This document shows, one piece after another, positions 62,777 through 64,000 of a stretch of 64,000 nt of DNA. The notes beneath the pieces are model-generated. The model did not search any database. It was not told the origin of the DNA and saw nothing but the letters and a program-made list of their open reading frames with translations. Source of the DNA: Enoplolaimus lenunculus (taxonomy: Eukaryota); the NCBI GenBank assembly GCA_030248215.1, contig JASANG010003752.1, positions 1-64,000 on the forward strand, given 5' to 3'. Positions within the stretch are counted from its first letter, which is position 1. The number at the start of each line of letters is the position of its first letter. Made by a program: the position numbers and the translations under genes.

Positions 62777-64000
62777 ACAATATAATTCGTAAACCTAAGC
62801 CAAGCCTTATTAGATGTTCCAGTTAACTGCTTGCAACAGTGCGTCAATCGGAAAGTATACGCAAGTACCCACCCACAACAAACACTAAGTACTGCTTGAA
62901 TACGACCCTACGTATGCAGTTGTATCTTTCAAATGCAAACATTAAAGCCGATGTGGACAAATAATAACGAGACTTTATACAAACTTCAACAACAAAATTA
63001 AGCATCGCAATAGTATTACTTAAAAACAACTACTGTCCATAAAAAATAGTTCATTTCATATCAAGAGGGCAGTGCGTATACATTTTAAGTATATTAAACT
63101 TTAAAATTGTAACATTGCACCGCATGGTGAGACCGGATATCCATCCAGTTCCGGCAAAAAAATCAACATCCAACACCGTCTCCGGTACAATTTACATTGT
63201 CGCATATTCCTTGCTAAAAAATAAAAAAGGAACAGGAACGGGAATTTGAAATAATTTTCATTACCGAATTACTGCTGGACATTTTAGAAAAAAAGTCAAA
63301 AAAATCGCTTAGACGAATTTTCACTATTTTATCATCAAGTTTTGCGAAAACACAACTGAAACAGTTGATTAACAAAATTGTGAAGTAATCGGAAAACACT
63401 CATGTCGAAATAACAATTTTTCAAAAACAAAGTTTCCAATGTTTAAATAATTAAGCATAATTTGCCACAAAACCGTCAAAATTCCGGTTCTTGCATCTTT
63501 GAATGCACGAACAGGAATTGAATTTTTGCACGAATTTCGGTTGAAACCAGGTCTGAAGCCAAGGTGTGGCAGTAGCGGATATTAATTTACCGGATACGGA
63601 CCCGGATATTGCATTTTTTAGTCTGAACCGAATAGTAACCGGATATGTCACGTAAATATGAGCACTGTTATAAATAATTTATTCGCGCAAAGGTATATGT
63701 TTACTGAATTAAAATTAATTGTTAGCTTGGATTTTTAATTTTGTTTCAACGAGTGAAAAACTTAGCAGTTTTACTTGCCCTGGAAGGTAATCCTAGCAAG
63801 ATGTTAAATATGGTCCACTTATGAAAAGCAGTTTTATGGCATTCGGAACCACAACCGTAATGATCCTGAGATTGGAGTCGGACGACAGCCGAACAAACGA
63901 AAATGCTTGCACATAGTTTCGATTTGTTCAAAAACTTCTTCAGCTCCGAATAATTATTTCACAAATTACATAACATGTCTGTCTAAGACATAAAAACGAT

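Overview
AT-rich, intron-rich animal genomic DNA. Frequent TTTCAG-type acceptors and TTAGGC-like repeats hint at a nematode-like invertebrate, but this is not proven. 1-9.2 kb is transposon territory: the 3' end of a probable LTR retrotransposon (orphan ORF, strongly structured 3' region, PPT plus ~950-bp LTR), a decayed full-length CR1-clade LINE interrupted by a hAT MITE, and an inverted second LTR copy. A + strand brainiac/BRE-5-like GT31 glycosyltransferase follows at 10.8-14.5 kb. From 20 to 62 kb all recognisable genes are on the - strand: a coronin made only of the C-terminal half of coronin-7/POD-1, then SNRNP27, GEMIN8 and TDP2. The most striking structure is an intronless ~890-aa Egalitarian/EXD1-like DEDDy exonuclease ORF lying in the same orientation inside the last intron of SNRNP27. 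It is preceded by a stop-containing alternative exon that would replace SNRNP27's conserved QYMNRRGGFNRPLD tail. Introns and spacers are packed with MITEs (hAT-type, GGCC-ended with telomere-like repeats, CACTG-ended, and a piggyBac-like one carrying a tRNA-derived Pol III head) and minisatellites. Exon models were read by eye. Family assignments come from recalled motifs, not database searches.
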